Assembly (NCBI GenBank): GCA_037447605.1
Contig: CM074819.1
Coordinates: 2,159,580 to 2,223,579, forward strand
DNA: 64,000 nt
DNA from: Zygnema circumcarinatum SAG 698-1b
Taxonomy: Eukaryota > Plantae > Zygnematophyceae
Direction of reading: 5' to 3'
Made by a program: the position numbers and the translations under genes. Below, one piece after another: positions 37,303-49,000 of the stretch (positions are counted from its first letter, which is position 1; every line of letters begins with the position of its first letter). Below the pieces are notes generated by a model. The model did not search any database, had not been told where the DNA came from, and worked only from the letters and a program-made list of their open reading frames with translations.

Positions 37303-39611
37303 ATGGCGTACTGGGATATGAGAATGGTCTTCGCTCCCAAGGGCAGCCCTGCAGGCGCCGCTGCGAAAGCAGGCTCTGCGGGATCCCTTTGGAGCAGGTT
37401 CTTTGGGCGGCCTGCCCCTGCGGTGGTGCCGATCGTTCCGCGCGATGTAAGGGAGAGGCTCGCCTTCCGGTTCCATACTCTTGATTTTGCTGCACCAACG
37501 CCTTTTCGCCACGTGGCGCAGCAAGAGCAGGAGGTGGCGACCGTTCCGAGCGATGTAAAGGAGAGGCTTGCCTTCCGGTTCGATATTCCTTCTTTTGCTG
37601 CACCAACGTCCGCTGAGCAGGAGGTGGCGACCGTTCCGAGCGATGTAAGGGAGAGGCTCGCCTTCCGGTTCGATATTCCTTCTTTTGCTGCACCAACGTC
37701 CGTTGAGCAGGAGGTGGCGACCGTTCCGAGCGATATAAGGGAGAGGCTCGCCTTCCGGTTCGATATTCCTTCGTTTGCTGCACCAACGTCCGCTGAAACG
37801 GCCGCTGAAAAGGAGGAGGTCGCTAAAAAGGAGGGATTGTGGCGAAAACAAAGGCAAGAGAACAAGGCGATCAGGGATCGCTGTACTTCCATGGCGAGAC
37901 AGGTACAGTCTCTCTTTTATCTCCTCTCTCTCTCTCTCTCTCTCTCTCTACTTGATTGTTAAACGACTCTGTAAGAAATGGAGAGAGAATCTCACCATGC
38001 TTCCAATGAGAGCTCGCCATGTGCTCCTAATAATGTGCTGCTTGCTTTAACTGTGATATCCGGACCGTAGATACATTTGTTGTGACATTCGTGATTCTGA
38101 TAATAGAGATCCTCATCGTGATGGTTTTCTCTCAGATTATTTTTTTTTTTTTGATTATTATTATTTTTTTTTTCATTTTTTTTTTTTTCATTTTTCATCT
38201 CTCTTTGTTATGTTGCGCATTGAACAGCTGGAGGAAAACTCGAAGCAGTTGATGAAGCTGGAGCAGGAGAAGAGAAGCCTGACTAGCAGGGCTGGAGAGA
38301 TGGAGGCTCACATTGCTGAGCGGGAGGATGTACTGAACAGAAAGAGGCAGGCGGAGCATCAGGCGGCGGAATTTAGTGCAACTGAACAGAGAGCGCGTGA
38401 GGTTATTGGTTTAAAGTGGAAAGCTGTGCATGACATAGAGGCGGAGGCGAAGAGACTCAAGGTGTCAATGGAGGAGCGTATGAGGAAACAGGTTGAATTG
38501 AAGGCAAATATTGTCAAGGTGAGCTTCTTGGAGCTATGATTGATCTGTTCACGTACAGAAAAGTGTTGAAAGAGAGTGGACCTCTTTCCTTTCACTATTA
38601 TATTGAATTATCGGCTACTTGTTTCATGTGGTTTTTGGAATGCTGAATTTGTAGTCTTTGTTTGATGCGAAGAGATCGATACAATGGTTATGTATGTGCT
38701 GGGATGTGCCGAGATGAGATGATGTGTATTTATGATGGTGTGATGATGATGATGTTGATGACGGTGATGGTGTTAATGTTGATGTTGATGTTGATGTTGA
38801 ACTTGATGTGTTCTCACAGGTGTGTGAGAAGGCAAAGAAGGCGAGGAGTTCTAATTTGCACCTACGGCTGAAGAGAAAGTACCTTTCCGACAACATGCAG
38901 GGGATGGAGGAAGAGAGGGAGGAGCTGAACGGTGAGGTTGTCAATTTGGAGCAGAAGAGGCTGCGCTTGATGACGGAAATTGAGACTTTCAAGAAACAGA
39001 ATGCAGAGCGGGCAAATGTTCGATCCCCTTTACCAGTTAGGGTAAAGGTTGAGCAGGAGGTAGGCGTTGGTGTGGGAGAGGCCCCTGCCAAGGGAAGGGA
39101 GAGCCAGGTGCCTTCACTCTCACCTCCACATGTGAGAGTGAAGGTAGAGCCGGGATGTGAGGGAGAGGGAGAGGTCACTACCGCGGCAAGGGGTGGGCAG
39201 TTACCTTCACTTGTGAGGGTGAAGGCAGAGCCTGGACTCGAGAGAGAGAGGGAGGTTACTACCAAGGGGAGTAGGGAGGGGCAGGTACCTCCATTGGTGA
39301 GAGTAAAGGTAGAGCCTGAAATTGGTGTTGAAGTGGGAGCAGTCCCTGCCAGGGGACAGGAGGGCAAGGTATTAGCACCTGTGAGAGTGAAAGAAGAACC
39401 AGGACTCGAGAGAGAGGAAGGAATGACTACCAAGGAAGTGAAGCGAGAGGAAGGAGCTGTGGAGGCTCCCATGGGCCTGAAGAGGCGCTTTCCTCATGGA
39501 TCAACTCAAGAGAGTACCCAGAAGAGGTCAAAGAAGAGTTCCAAGAAGAGTTCAAAGAAGAGTTCAAAGAAGAGTTCAAAGCAGGTCAGCGAGCGACCGC
39601 ATGAAGTCTGA
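37303..39611 (+). CDS. Orphan protein (about 560 aa): 30-aa tandem repeats, coiled coil, repeated V-K-x-E motifs, basic KKSS tail
   Basis: Exons 37303-37902 (600 nt), 38228-38518 (291 nt) and 38820-39611 (792 nt). All are multiples of 3 and joined by phase-0 GT-AG introns. No recognisable family. Confidence 0.7.
37435..37794 (+). repeat. 90-bp coding tandem repeat (3 full copies + 1 diverged partial copy)
   Basis: Units start at 37525, 37615 and 37705 and encode EQEVATVPSD[V/I][K/R]ERLAFRFDIPSFAAPTS[A/V]. Confidence 0.95.
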
Positions 39612-40618
39612 TTGAAGGAAGCCACTCACTGGTACAAGTCAAGGCTTTCTGAATAGAAAATTTGTGATAAGTGATTTATTTTTTGGATCACCTGCAACGA
39701 GGCGTTGCAATATTTCAGAGGCTCATTGTACAGAAGTTTGTTTGTCGGTTGGTCTGTCTGTTTTAGCTTTTTCAGATTTTTAGGGCATTGGGGAGCTGGC
39801 CATTTTTGGTGGTTCCAATAAGACAGGTGTCTGAGGTGTTTCAGAGATTAGGAAGCTTCAAACATGCACTTTTTGGCCCTTTTGTTGGTTGAGAGTGAGC
39901 TTTGTGTGTGAGTTGCATGTGGACGATGATGAGGATCATCGTCATTATAATCGTGATGATAACTTTGCTGACTGTTGATGCTGGTGATGATGATGTGAGT
40001 ATGACCTGAATCACTTTGCATCGGGTCGCTCACTTTTGTATTTGTGAAAAATTACACCCCATAAACCCAAAAGCCTTGCATTGGCAACCATTGGCGATGG
40101 TTGGAACCAATGGTTTGCTGGCTTTAGTCAGGCACCGTGCAAACTGTTAGCCACGAAGCCTTCACCAGATGATTAACCAAACGGTCGAGGCCTTTTCTGT
40201 GCCCTGGCTGGGTTTCGTCAGTCACCGCCTCGGCCAAATGGGTAGCCACGAGGCATCGCAAAAAGTACAGGAAACACCCTCCGAACATGGAACTCGCAGT
40301 TCCAATTCCAGCCCCGGTCCCAGTTGTGGTCGCAGTTCCAGTTCCAGTAGCAGTTAAGTTTTATCTAATTAGCAGTTACTTTGAAGAAATCCTTCCAGAA
40401 AAATATAAGACGATTAAAGCGATTTTAGTTTTACTTCTAGTTTTATTCGCTGTTCTAGTTGCAGTTACAGTTCTAGTCCCAGCTCCATTTCCAGTGCTAG
40501 TTCCAGGGCCAGTTCCAGTAACAGTTGCAGTTCCAGTCGCAGGTCCTTCCAGTACAGTAATGGACAACAATCACAGTAACTGGACATTCATGGAACCGTT
40601 CCACGGCCCTTCAAGATC

Positions 40619-40840
40619 CACGTGCTGACGTGGCGCCCTCAGGAGGACCAAATCCCGCAATCCGCCCTTGGTGCCAGCGCGCGCTGAAAGGGGCCTCCAT
40701 CCGACCGTCCATTTCCAGCCGCTCGACAATCGGACAGTCCATATTGGCCCATATCTTCGGGAGGCTGATCGGCCCCGCCACGTGGTAGCCTCACAATGGC
40801 ACGTCACCGATAGGGAATTCTGCAACCGTTTTCTACGTCA
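40619..40840. promoter_or_regulatory. ACGT-core (G-box/ABRE-like) cluster upstream of the H+-PPase gene
   Basis: CACGTG 40619, TGACGTGG 40626, CCACGTGG about 40778, ACGTCA about 40801 and 40835. Confidence 0.35.
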
Positions 40841-41147
40841 TAAAATAGAATCAGTACTCCAAGTTACTGTTTCCGTGTCACGGTTTGAAAACGTGCGAGG
40901 TAGTGGTTCTGTTGTATTGCAGATTTTTTTGCAAACACGCGTCAGGAGGTAAAAGGGCGAGAGGGCGAAAAAGCGCCGAACGGCGGTCCTGAAGGTCGAG
41001 GGAGGGAGGCTCTTGGAAGCTCTTGGAAGCGCCGTCAAGAAGGAGAGAGAGGTTTTGGAGAGGTTTTGGAGAGGTTTTGGAGGGTAGAGGAGAGGAGGGG
41101 CAGGGTTTGGGAGCGTGAGAGCTGCAAGAGTATCATAGGGTGGGAAT

Positions 41148-44100
41148 ATGGTGGGGGAGGACGCCATGCTGCAGGCTTCGCTGAGTAGCTGGGGAGTGTG
41201 TCTGTTCATTCCCTTCGCTGCAATAGTGGGCATTTGCTTTGCTTTGTATCAGTATACCATCGTGTCGAAGGTGCAGGTTCGAGGTCCTTCCTCGGATGGC
41301 GGATATCAGCTGGTTGAAGACGGTGTGGCGGATTCTGAGGTGATCCAGAAGGTTGCTGATATTCAGGACGCTGTGTCTGAAGGTGCGTTTGGGGGGAAAG
41401 TAGTGTCTCATAATAGTCTGTTATTTTTTCTCAATAAGTCTTTGGTTCAGTCTTGCATGCGCGGTCGCTTGGTTTGTCCTTTCGTCCTTTTTGCTTACCT
41501 TCTTCAAGAATGTCCGTTATTGGAGGATGTTTTTTAAAGGTCTTATTAAGTGTGATTGGCATATGAAAAATAGCTTGCAGGTGATTTCTTAAGATTTTTT
41601 ACTCTGGAACTACACAAGGAAACTTGCCTTTTGTGTTTAATAATGAGCACTCGTGCTTTTTCTTGTGACAGGTGCTACTTCCTTTCTCTACACGGAGTAC
41701 AGGTATCTGGCCGTATTTATGGGAGTCTTCAGCATCGTCATCTTCTTGTTCTTGGGATCCGTGGAGAACTTTAGCTCAGCCTCTTTGGCTGATGGAGCTT
41801 TCAGCACCATCGCCTTCATCCTCGGTGCTGTGACCAGCACACTCTCTGGCTTCCTCGGAATGAAGATTGCCACATGTGAGTCTCCCACTCGCCTTTTTTA
41901 ATTTATGCTTCATCGCTACTGTTATTTTGTGACTAAGCTGAAGTTCTTCATGTCCATTTGAAGTGCCTACATGAAGTTCAGTCGGTAGGTTTCTGTTTAA
42001 TCTTATTGAATTTCTCTTCGATTGCCTTATCCTGCAGATGCAAATGCCCGCACTACCCTGGAGGCAAGGAAGGGAATCAAGCCTGCATTTGTCGTGGCTT
42101 TCCGCTCTGGTTCAGTCATGGGCTTCCTTCTGGCAGCAAATGGCCTAATCGTCCTTTTCTTCACCATTCTTTTCTTCAAGCTTTACTACGGCGATAACTG
42201 GGAAGGCTTGTACGAGGCGATAGCCGGCTATGGACTTGGTGGAAGCTCTGTGGCCCTTTTTGGCCGTGTAGGCGGTGGCATCTACACAAAGGCGGCTGAT
42301 GTTGGAGCTGATTTGGTCGGGAAAATAGAGCAGGGAATCCCAGAAGATGACCCTCGCAATCCTGCGGTAAGTTCGTGGTCTTTCGTTGCATTCATGTTTT
42401 TTTTGTGGAAATCCATGTAATGTGATCAAAGCGCAGTTTTCTCCTCGTGCATGCACAGAAGATGATGGTGATTTTTCTGCCTTAGATGTTGAAAATACTG
42501 GGCTTCTAAAGATAAGCCAGTTCATGTAAGTCAATTCATCACGTGAATTTTCTCTTGCGGCTGATTAATTCTGATTAATATTTTTTTCTTCATTTTTTTT
42601 TGTGCCATTTTGTATCATATTACGATTTCTTAACGTCTTATTCTGATTTGTGCAGGTCATTGCAGACAATGTTGGCGATAATGTTGGCGATATTGCTGGC
42701 ATGGGTTCCGATTTGTTTGGATCCTTCGCAGAGTCTACATGTGCCGCTCTTGTCATTTCGTCTCTGTCCTCCTTTGGACAGGAGCACAACTTTACTGCTA
42801 TGTCTTATCCCCTCCTTATTAGCGGCTCCGGAATCTTAGTCTGCCTTGTAACAACTTTCTTTGCGACTGATCTCTCGAACATCAGGGGGAAGGCAGACAT
42901 TGAACCTGCGTTGAAGAAGCAGCTGATTATCTCGACAGTGATCATGACGCCTGTGATCTTCCTTGTGTCATGGCTTGCCTTGCCAAGCGAGTTCACCATC
43001 ACTGTCGTTGGACATGCGGACAAAGTTGTAAAGAACTGGTAAGTGTCAGCCTTTGTTTATGAAGCCTACGTGACTGCGTAGGTGTTATTGCCGGTACTTT
43101 TTTCTAATCGTTTTGGCAGGCATCTTGCAGGCATTTATTTTTTGCAGTGGCGTCCGGTCTTTGGGCCGGTTTGATCATCGGATATGTGACCGAGTACTTT
43201 ACAAGCAATGCTTACACGTGAGTTGCCCAACCCTTTCATTCTGCAGTTACCAACCTTGGGCTTGATGAGAGTTTTTGTTTGAGCTCAAGCAAGGTTTAGA
43301 AGTGGGAGGCATTTTACCTGAAAGCGGCACCATTTAAGTAGCTATAGTGCAGTTTTTGGAGCCTATTTCACTGAAGTATCACTTTTTTTCGTATCGTTAC
43401 TTTTTGCGCAGACCCGTCCAAGATGTGGCTGATTCCTGCAGAACAGGAGCTGCTACAAATATTATTTTTGGACTTGCTCTTGGTTATAAGTCTGTGATCA
43501 TTCCAGTGTTCGCAATCGCTGCTGCTATTTATCTCAGCTTTTCGTTGGCAGCGATGTACGGAATCGCAGTGGCTGCCCTTGGTATGCTTAGCACTCTGGC
43601 CACTGGTTTGGCAATCGATGCCTATGGTCCCATCAGTGACAACGCCGGTGGAATTGCTGAAATGGCGGGCATGGGAGAAGAGATTCGTGAGCGGACCGAT
43701 GCGCTCGATGCGGCAGGGAACACCACCGCAGCTATTGGGAAGGTGTGCAGACAATCTTGTCAAATCGGCGAGTCATCTGCTAGTTAACCAAAGGCCTTCA
43801 TGACATGGCCGTTGAGTTCACGTAGTAGATTACTTGTTGCATTCGGTTGCCTAAGCATTACTGGGATCAAACTATTGGTCACATTCACGAAAGCCACGTC
43901 CCCTGCTTTGATTCCAGACTAAATGAAGTATTGGCTATTATTCGTATTTGCAGATTGGTAGCACAGGGGTTTGCACCTGTTACTTGGTGAAACAATGATT
44001 GTATACTTCCCATTTTTTGGTGCACTGACATTTCCATCTCTGTTTTCAGGGTTTTGCGATTGGATCAGCCGCTCTGGTTTCTCTTGCGCTGTTTGGCGCC

Positions 44101-45129
44101 TATGTGAGCCGCGCAGGGATTGCAAGCGTGGATGTTCTTAATCCTGAGGTATGTGCTCCCATTTTGACGCTAAAGGTACCCTATTTTGGATGTGAAGATG
44201 AGGTGCTTATAATTGCAAAATGATCAAGGCATATTCATTACTTCCATTACCTTAGGCTTTCTGGACACGCATGCATCTGAAGGTAAGCCATACATCACCA
44301 AAATAGGTTCACTAAGCTCACGGCTTTCAGTATCCTTTCATGGATGTGACCAAGCTTGCAGGATTCAAGGTGTGATTTTGTAATTCTTCTTTTGTACAAT
44401 TGCAGGCTTTCATCGGCCTTCTCGTGGGTGCCATGCTGCCTTACTGGTTCTCCGCAATGACAATGAAGAGTGTTGGCAAGGCTGCGCTGGCCATGGTGGA
44501 AGAAGTCCGCCAGCAATTCAGGAACACTCCAGGCCTCATGGAAGGAACAGTGAAACCTGACTACAAGCGATGTGTGGAGATTTCAACTGCGGCGTCCCTC
44601 AAAGAGATGATTGCACCGGGAGCTCTTGTCATGCTGAGCCCCGTGATTGCAGGTGCACTTTAAACTAAGGGCTCGTTTTTCATGTTTCATGTTTAAACTA
44701 TTTTGATCGGTTGCTGAAAGCAGAAGCGAAAGTTTTTTAACTTCCAAAACCATGCGAATTCGCCCTGTCTTTGCAGGGTTCTTTTTTGGAGTCACCACAT
44801 TGGCTGGCCTTTTGGCTGGCGCCCTGGTCTCCGGTGTCCAAATCGCGATTTCCGCCTCCAACACCGGCGGAGCATGGGACAATGCCAAGAAGTTCATCGA
44901 AGCTGGTAACTCTGAAAAGGCCCGGGAACTCGGTCCCAAGGGATCTGATGCGCACAAGGCGGCTGTGATTGGTGATACCGTCGGGGATCCGCTCAAGGAC
45001 ACTTCAGGCCCATCCCTGAACATCCTCATCAAGCTGATGGCTGTGGAATCCCTGGTTTTCGCTCCATTCTTCGCTGCCCACGGAGGGTTCCTGTACACCC
45101 TTGCGGACTACATCTGGGCGCTGTTTTGA
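41148..45129 (+). CDS. AVP1: Vacuolar H+-translocating pyrophosphatase, type I (K+-dependent), multi-exon
   Basis: [34 protein letters not shown]|[49 protein letters not shown]|GFAIGS (Ala/Gly K+-dependent signature), [30 protein letters not shown]. Confidence 0.97.
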
Positions 45130-46055
45130 GTGGTGACCCCTGCTGCCCGGGTTAGCAGTTTTGGCGGTGGGAACCAGCAGTGAAAATCGCAGTTTTGAAG
45201 AACAATGTTTCTTGCTGTCATCCTCGAGAGAGTGTACATCTTGAGCTATGAGTTGGAGGCAGCGCAGCTTTTTTTCACTGTTGGAATTTGGGAGGCGTTC
45301 TGAACCCTGAAGTGAAGCAGACGTCTGATTGGTCTTTTGGGACATCAGAATAACAGATGCGGGGGTCTTGTTATTTGGCGAACATGGATGCATGTGCAGG
45401 TAAATTAGTTAGGTCTCCTTAGTTTCAGTGCTTGGAATAACGGAGTTGTTCTCCTTTCATTTCAGTGCCTGAGATAACAGAGTTGTACGATGGTGACATT
45501 TTCTGCAACGGTAATTTTTGAACGTTTTTCCGGTAATTTCAGTGTCTGCTGGGCATTAATGGAAGTCGGCGTGTGTGTCTACTACCATCGGTACTGTCCC
45601 GCTCTGCTGGTTTTCATTTGTCCTTTCTGCCAAGAGGTGTTTGAGAAGAAGAATTTTCAAGAGTTCTCTTACGATATTGTGCCATTGAGCATCAATATAT
45701 TATGACGAACGCAGGTAGCCAAAAAATGCATGTAAAAAGATTAATGCATCTTCAACTGGGGGCTCTAATGCGAGACCCTTCCAAAATTCTTCTCCTCAAA
45801 ACTCCTCTTTGCAAAATGGAAAAAAGAAAGCTGATCCCTCTGCTTCTTGGAACAGCAGCACCCTCTTCTTAACTTTGATACTAGCAAAGTTTTTTTCCAA
45901 CAGAAGCGAGTTTAACAAAAGAGTTGGTAGCATAAGTGAGTACGCGACGCCTCTTTTTTTTTTTTGAGTAGAGACAACAATCAATATTTCTATGACAGAA
46001 CAACGACTACGGAAATTAAGGAGCTGACAAGGGGCCTAACTCAATGGAAAATTAG

Positions 46056-49000
46056 CTAAAATGAGAGGCCTCCCGAGTCCCTTTTCTGTGACCGACTAAT
46101 CTGAGCAGCAAAAAAGTTGACTGCTCTATCACGGAAACCACTCGAAAGAAAGAAAAAATCATGTGAGATCACCGTTTCTGTGTCAGTGACCACTCCTTGA
46201 CTACCTCCGCCAGCTTCTTTCCTAACCCTAAATTGACTCCCATGAGAAGCAGCACTCCCAGTCTGCCATGGCGGAGAAAAGGTGACAGGACCCCCAGCAC
46301 CGTTTTTCAGCTGCCTTGCAATCACCGATTGGCTATGAGTTGAACTTCCTTGAGCCCCCCCCCCACCGTTCATACTAATAGAGCCCTTAGAGGGCCGCTT
46401 AACTGCTGGGAAGGACTGAAGGAGAGAGTGGGAGCGAGCAGCGGTAGTATGGACAGCGGGAGAGGGAGATGAGGGCCCATTTGAGATGGGCCCTTCCTCT
46501 TCTAGGAAAAGATTTTTTTCTCCATTCAGGTATGAATGGAGCCAAGATAAGGAGAGTCCTTGCTCAACTACACGACAGTTCTGCTCTGACTTGAAACAGG
46601 CAGCCGCCAATGTCCCAAGGAGCGAAGGAGTGAGAGAGGGTTCGATAAAGTAAATGAAGGGAAGATCGATGAGCTTGTGAAGGATAGTGGGGTTCTTCCC
46701 CCATCGTAGAACTGCTTGATTTTGAGAGTGAAGGAGAGAGAAATGGGCGATGAGAAGGAGAGTTTCATTAAGGAGAGACGCAATTCTGTCGCAAGAAGTC
46801 TTCCATTGGATGGTGCAGTGCGAAAGGAGAAAGCTGACCAAGTGGAAAAATTCAACACTTAAGTCCGGTTGCTGGAGGCAGCTTTGCAGCATGGCGAGGT
46901 CTCCGCGAGCAATATTGTTCAAAATTCGCAGAACGGAAGTAGCCACCACCTCAAAATTCGGAGGTAAAGCTTCTGCAGCCTGCACCACATGGCCAAAAAA
47001 AAAGGGGTGGTTCAGCCTCTTTTCCCAGCACTTATGTGCTAGAGTTTTACTACACCCTAGTACAGTTAACAGTGTAAGTCAAACTGACATTTTTGCATCA
47101 TGGAAACGCAAATGTACCTGCTCAGGAGACCCTCGTGGGGGATTGGCTTGCAAAAGGACAGCTGTAAGCAGTGAGGGCAAACCAGCAAGTCCAGTTTCCT
47201 CCATGGCTGCCAACACAGAGGCAGCTGCTCTACTGGCTATAATGGACCCACTACTCCCTGTCAGCTTGCCACCTGGCGCAGTCCCATTGGCCGATACATT
47301 TCCACCTGTCAGAAACTCCCCTCCTTCTGTCCCTATCATGATGGGCTCTGTTTTTTCTGAGAGACTACTGCCACCTGTCAGCTCTTCGGGATGTTTCTCC
47401 ACTGCAAGGAGTAATGCTGCTACTCCCTCCTTCTCTCCAGAAGCTTCTTTTTGACTATTTCCTGCCTTGGATTCCTCCTCCCCATGTTTTGGCTCACCTG
47501 TGGTTTCCAAGCCTCTATTATCTTCTTCAATTTCCACCTTAGGTCTAAGTTGGCTTTCCAAAACCTGCTGGTTTGCAACATTGGCTGTCATACTCTCCAG
47601 CAGATTCAACCCAAGTAGGACAGGGCTCGCCATTGGAGCTCCCTCAACCTGCAAAAGTTCGCACGAGAAGAATCAAACATTCGGTATATCAAGCGCGTGT
47701 AACAAACAAAACAAAACAAACAAAGCAAAAACAAAACAAAACTTCACGACTCCCGAAAACTCTATGAACATGCTTTCACCACTCTCTTACGTTTACCCTC
47801 CCCTCAAATACCTCCTTCCCATCTTTCAATTTCAGTCAGTCGCTCTGATTAGCCATTGTTCTGACTTACATGTGGGCAGTCAAAAATAGCAAACAAGTCT
47901 CGCAGTCTCGGAACAATATCGCAGGCCACCACGAGCTCGAGGAGATCGTCCTGCATCTCTCCAGCTCTCTCCTCCGCCATCGGTTGGCTCAGAATTGCAG
48001 AAACTATCCACATTAAACTTTCAAGAACAATCTTCCCAGCATCTTCCCCTGCACTCATTACACCTCCTCCTACTTCCCCACCTCCTTCTACCACTCCTCC
48101 ACCCTTATCATTAGCAATACCCTCCTCTCCCCCTGCTCCTCCTTTCCTCTCTGCAGAAGCTCGGAGAGTATAAGCACTTTCAGAGAAACTTTCAGGAGAC
48201 TCTTGACTCTCTTTGACCACCTTCAAACTGACTTTGAATTCCCGTCCTTCCTCTCCTTCACTCCCTACAACTGCCCCTTCTCTGGATAGCTGAAGAGCAA
48301 CTCCACCAGTTGTAGTAGCAGCAGAAGTAGCCCCTTTGTTCCCACCTTCCGAACTACTTTCATTTGCTAATCCTCTCAAGCTTAGCCCCCCCCCTGCACT
48401 GCTTGCCGTACTCACACTGCTAAAGTTTTCAAGAGCTATAGCCAGCATGGGAATAAGGGGAGGAAGAAGGTTTCTGGAGACAACAAAGTAGCGGCTGCTG
48501 GGAAGTGTAAGCAGCACTCTTAAGAGACGGAGGAGAGCAGCGGTAATACGAGATGCTTGCGGACGAGAGGTATGAGAAGCAGGAATAGCCGTTGCAAGAT
48601 AGTCAATAAGACCAAGCTGGCGAGCTATAGTCAATTCCAACTCTCTCCCTTCAAGGAACTGCAAAAACAGGAAAGAGATGGTAGGCACTCTGATCAGGGA
48701 GAGAGGATAACGGACCAATCTGCTGGGCTACACAATTACCTGCAATTTGGGGTTTTTAAGGAATGCTTTACAGGAGTGCTTTGGGGTTGCAATTGTGTAC
48801 TTTATGAGGTTAACCTGTCAGGGTGAAAGCGAATAGCATCTAATTCAGAAAAACCCACAGACAAAGTTTTTTTCTCAGATATCTGCAATAGCCCCCCCCC
48901 CCCCACCTTGATGAGCTCAGCCACTGTTCCCTCAGTTGCTGTGAACCCCCCCACTCCCTTTGCTTCCAGTTGTCGTTGAAGCTCGTGCTGCCACCTGGCA

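Noticed and set aside
37435-37794. CRISPR-like appearance of regular repeats (also 37052-37165)
   Set aside because: The units are contiguous, in-frame coding repeats without unique spacers. The context is eukaryotic and there are no cas genes.
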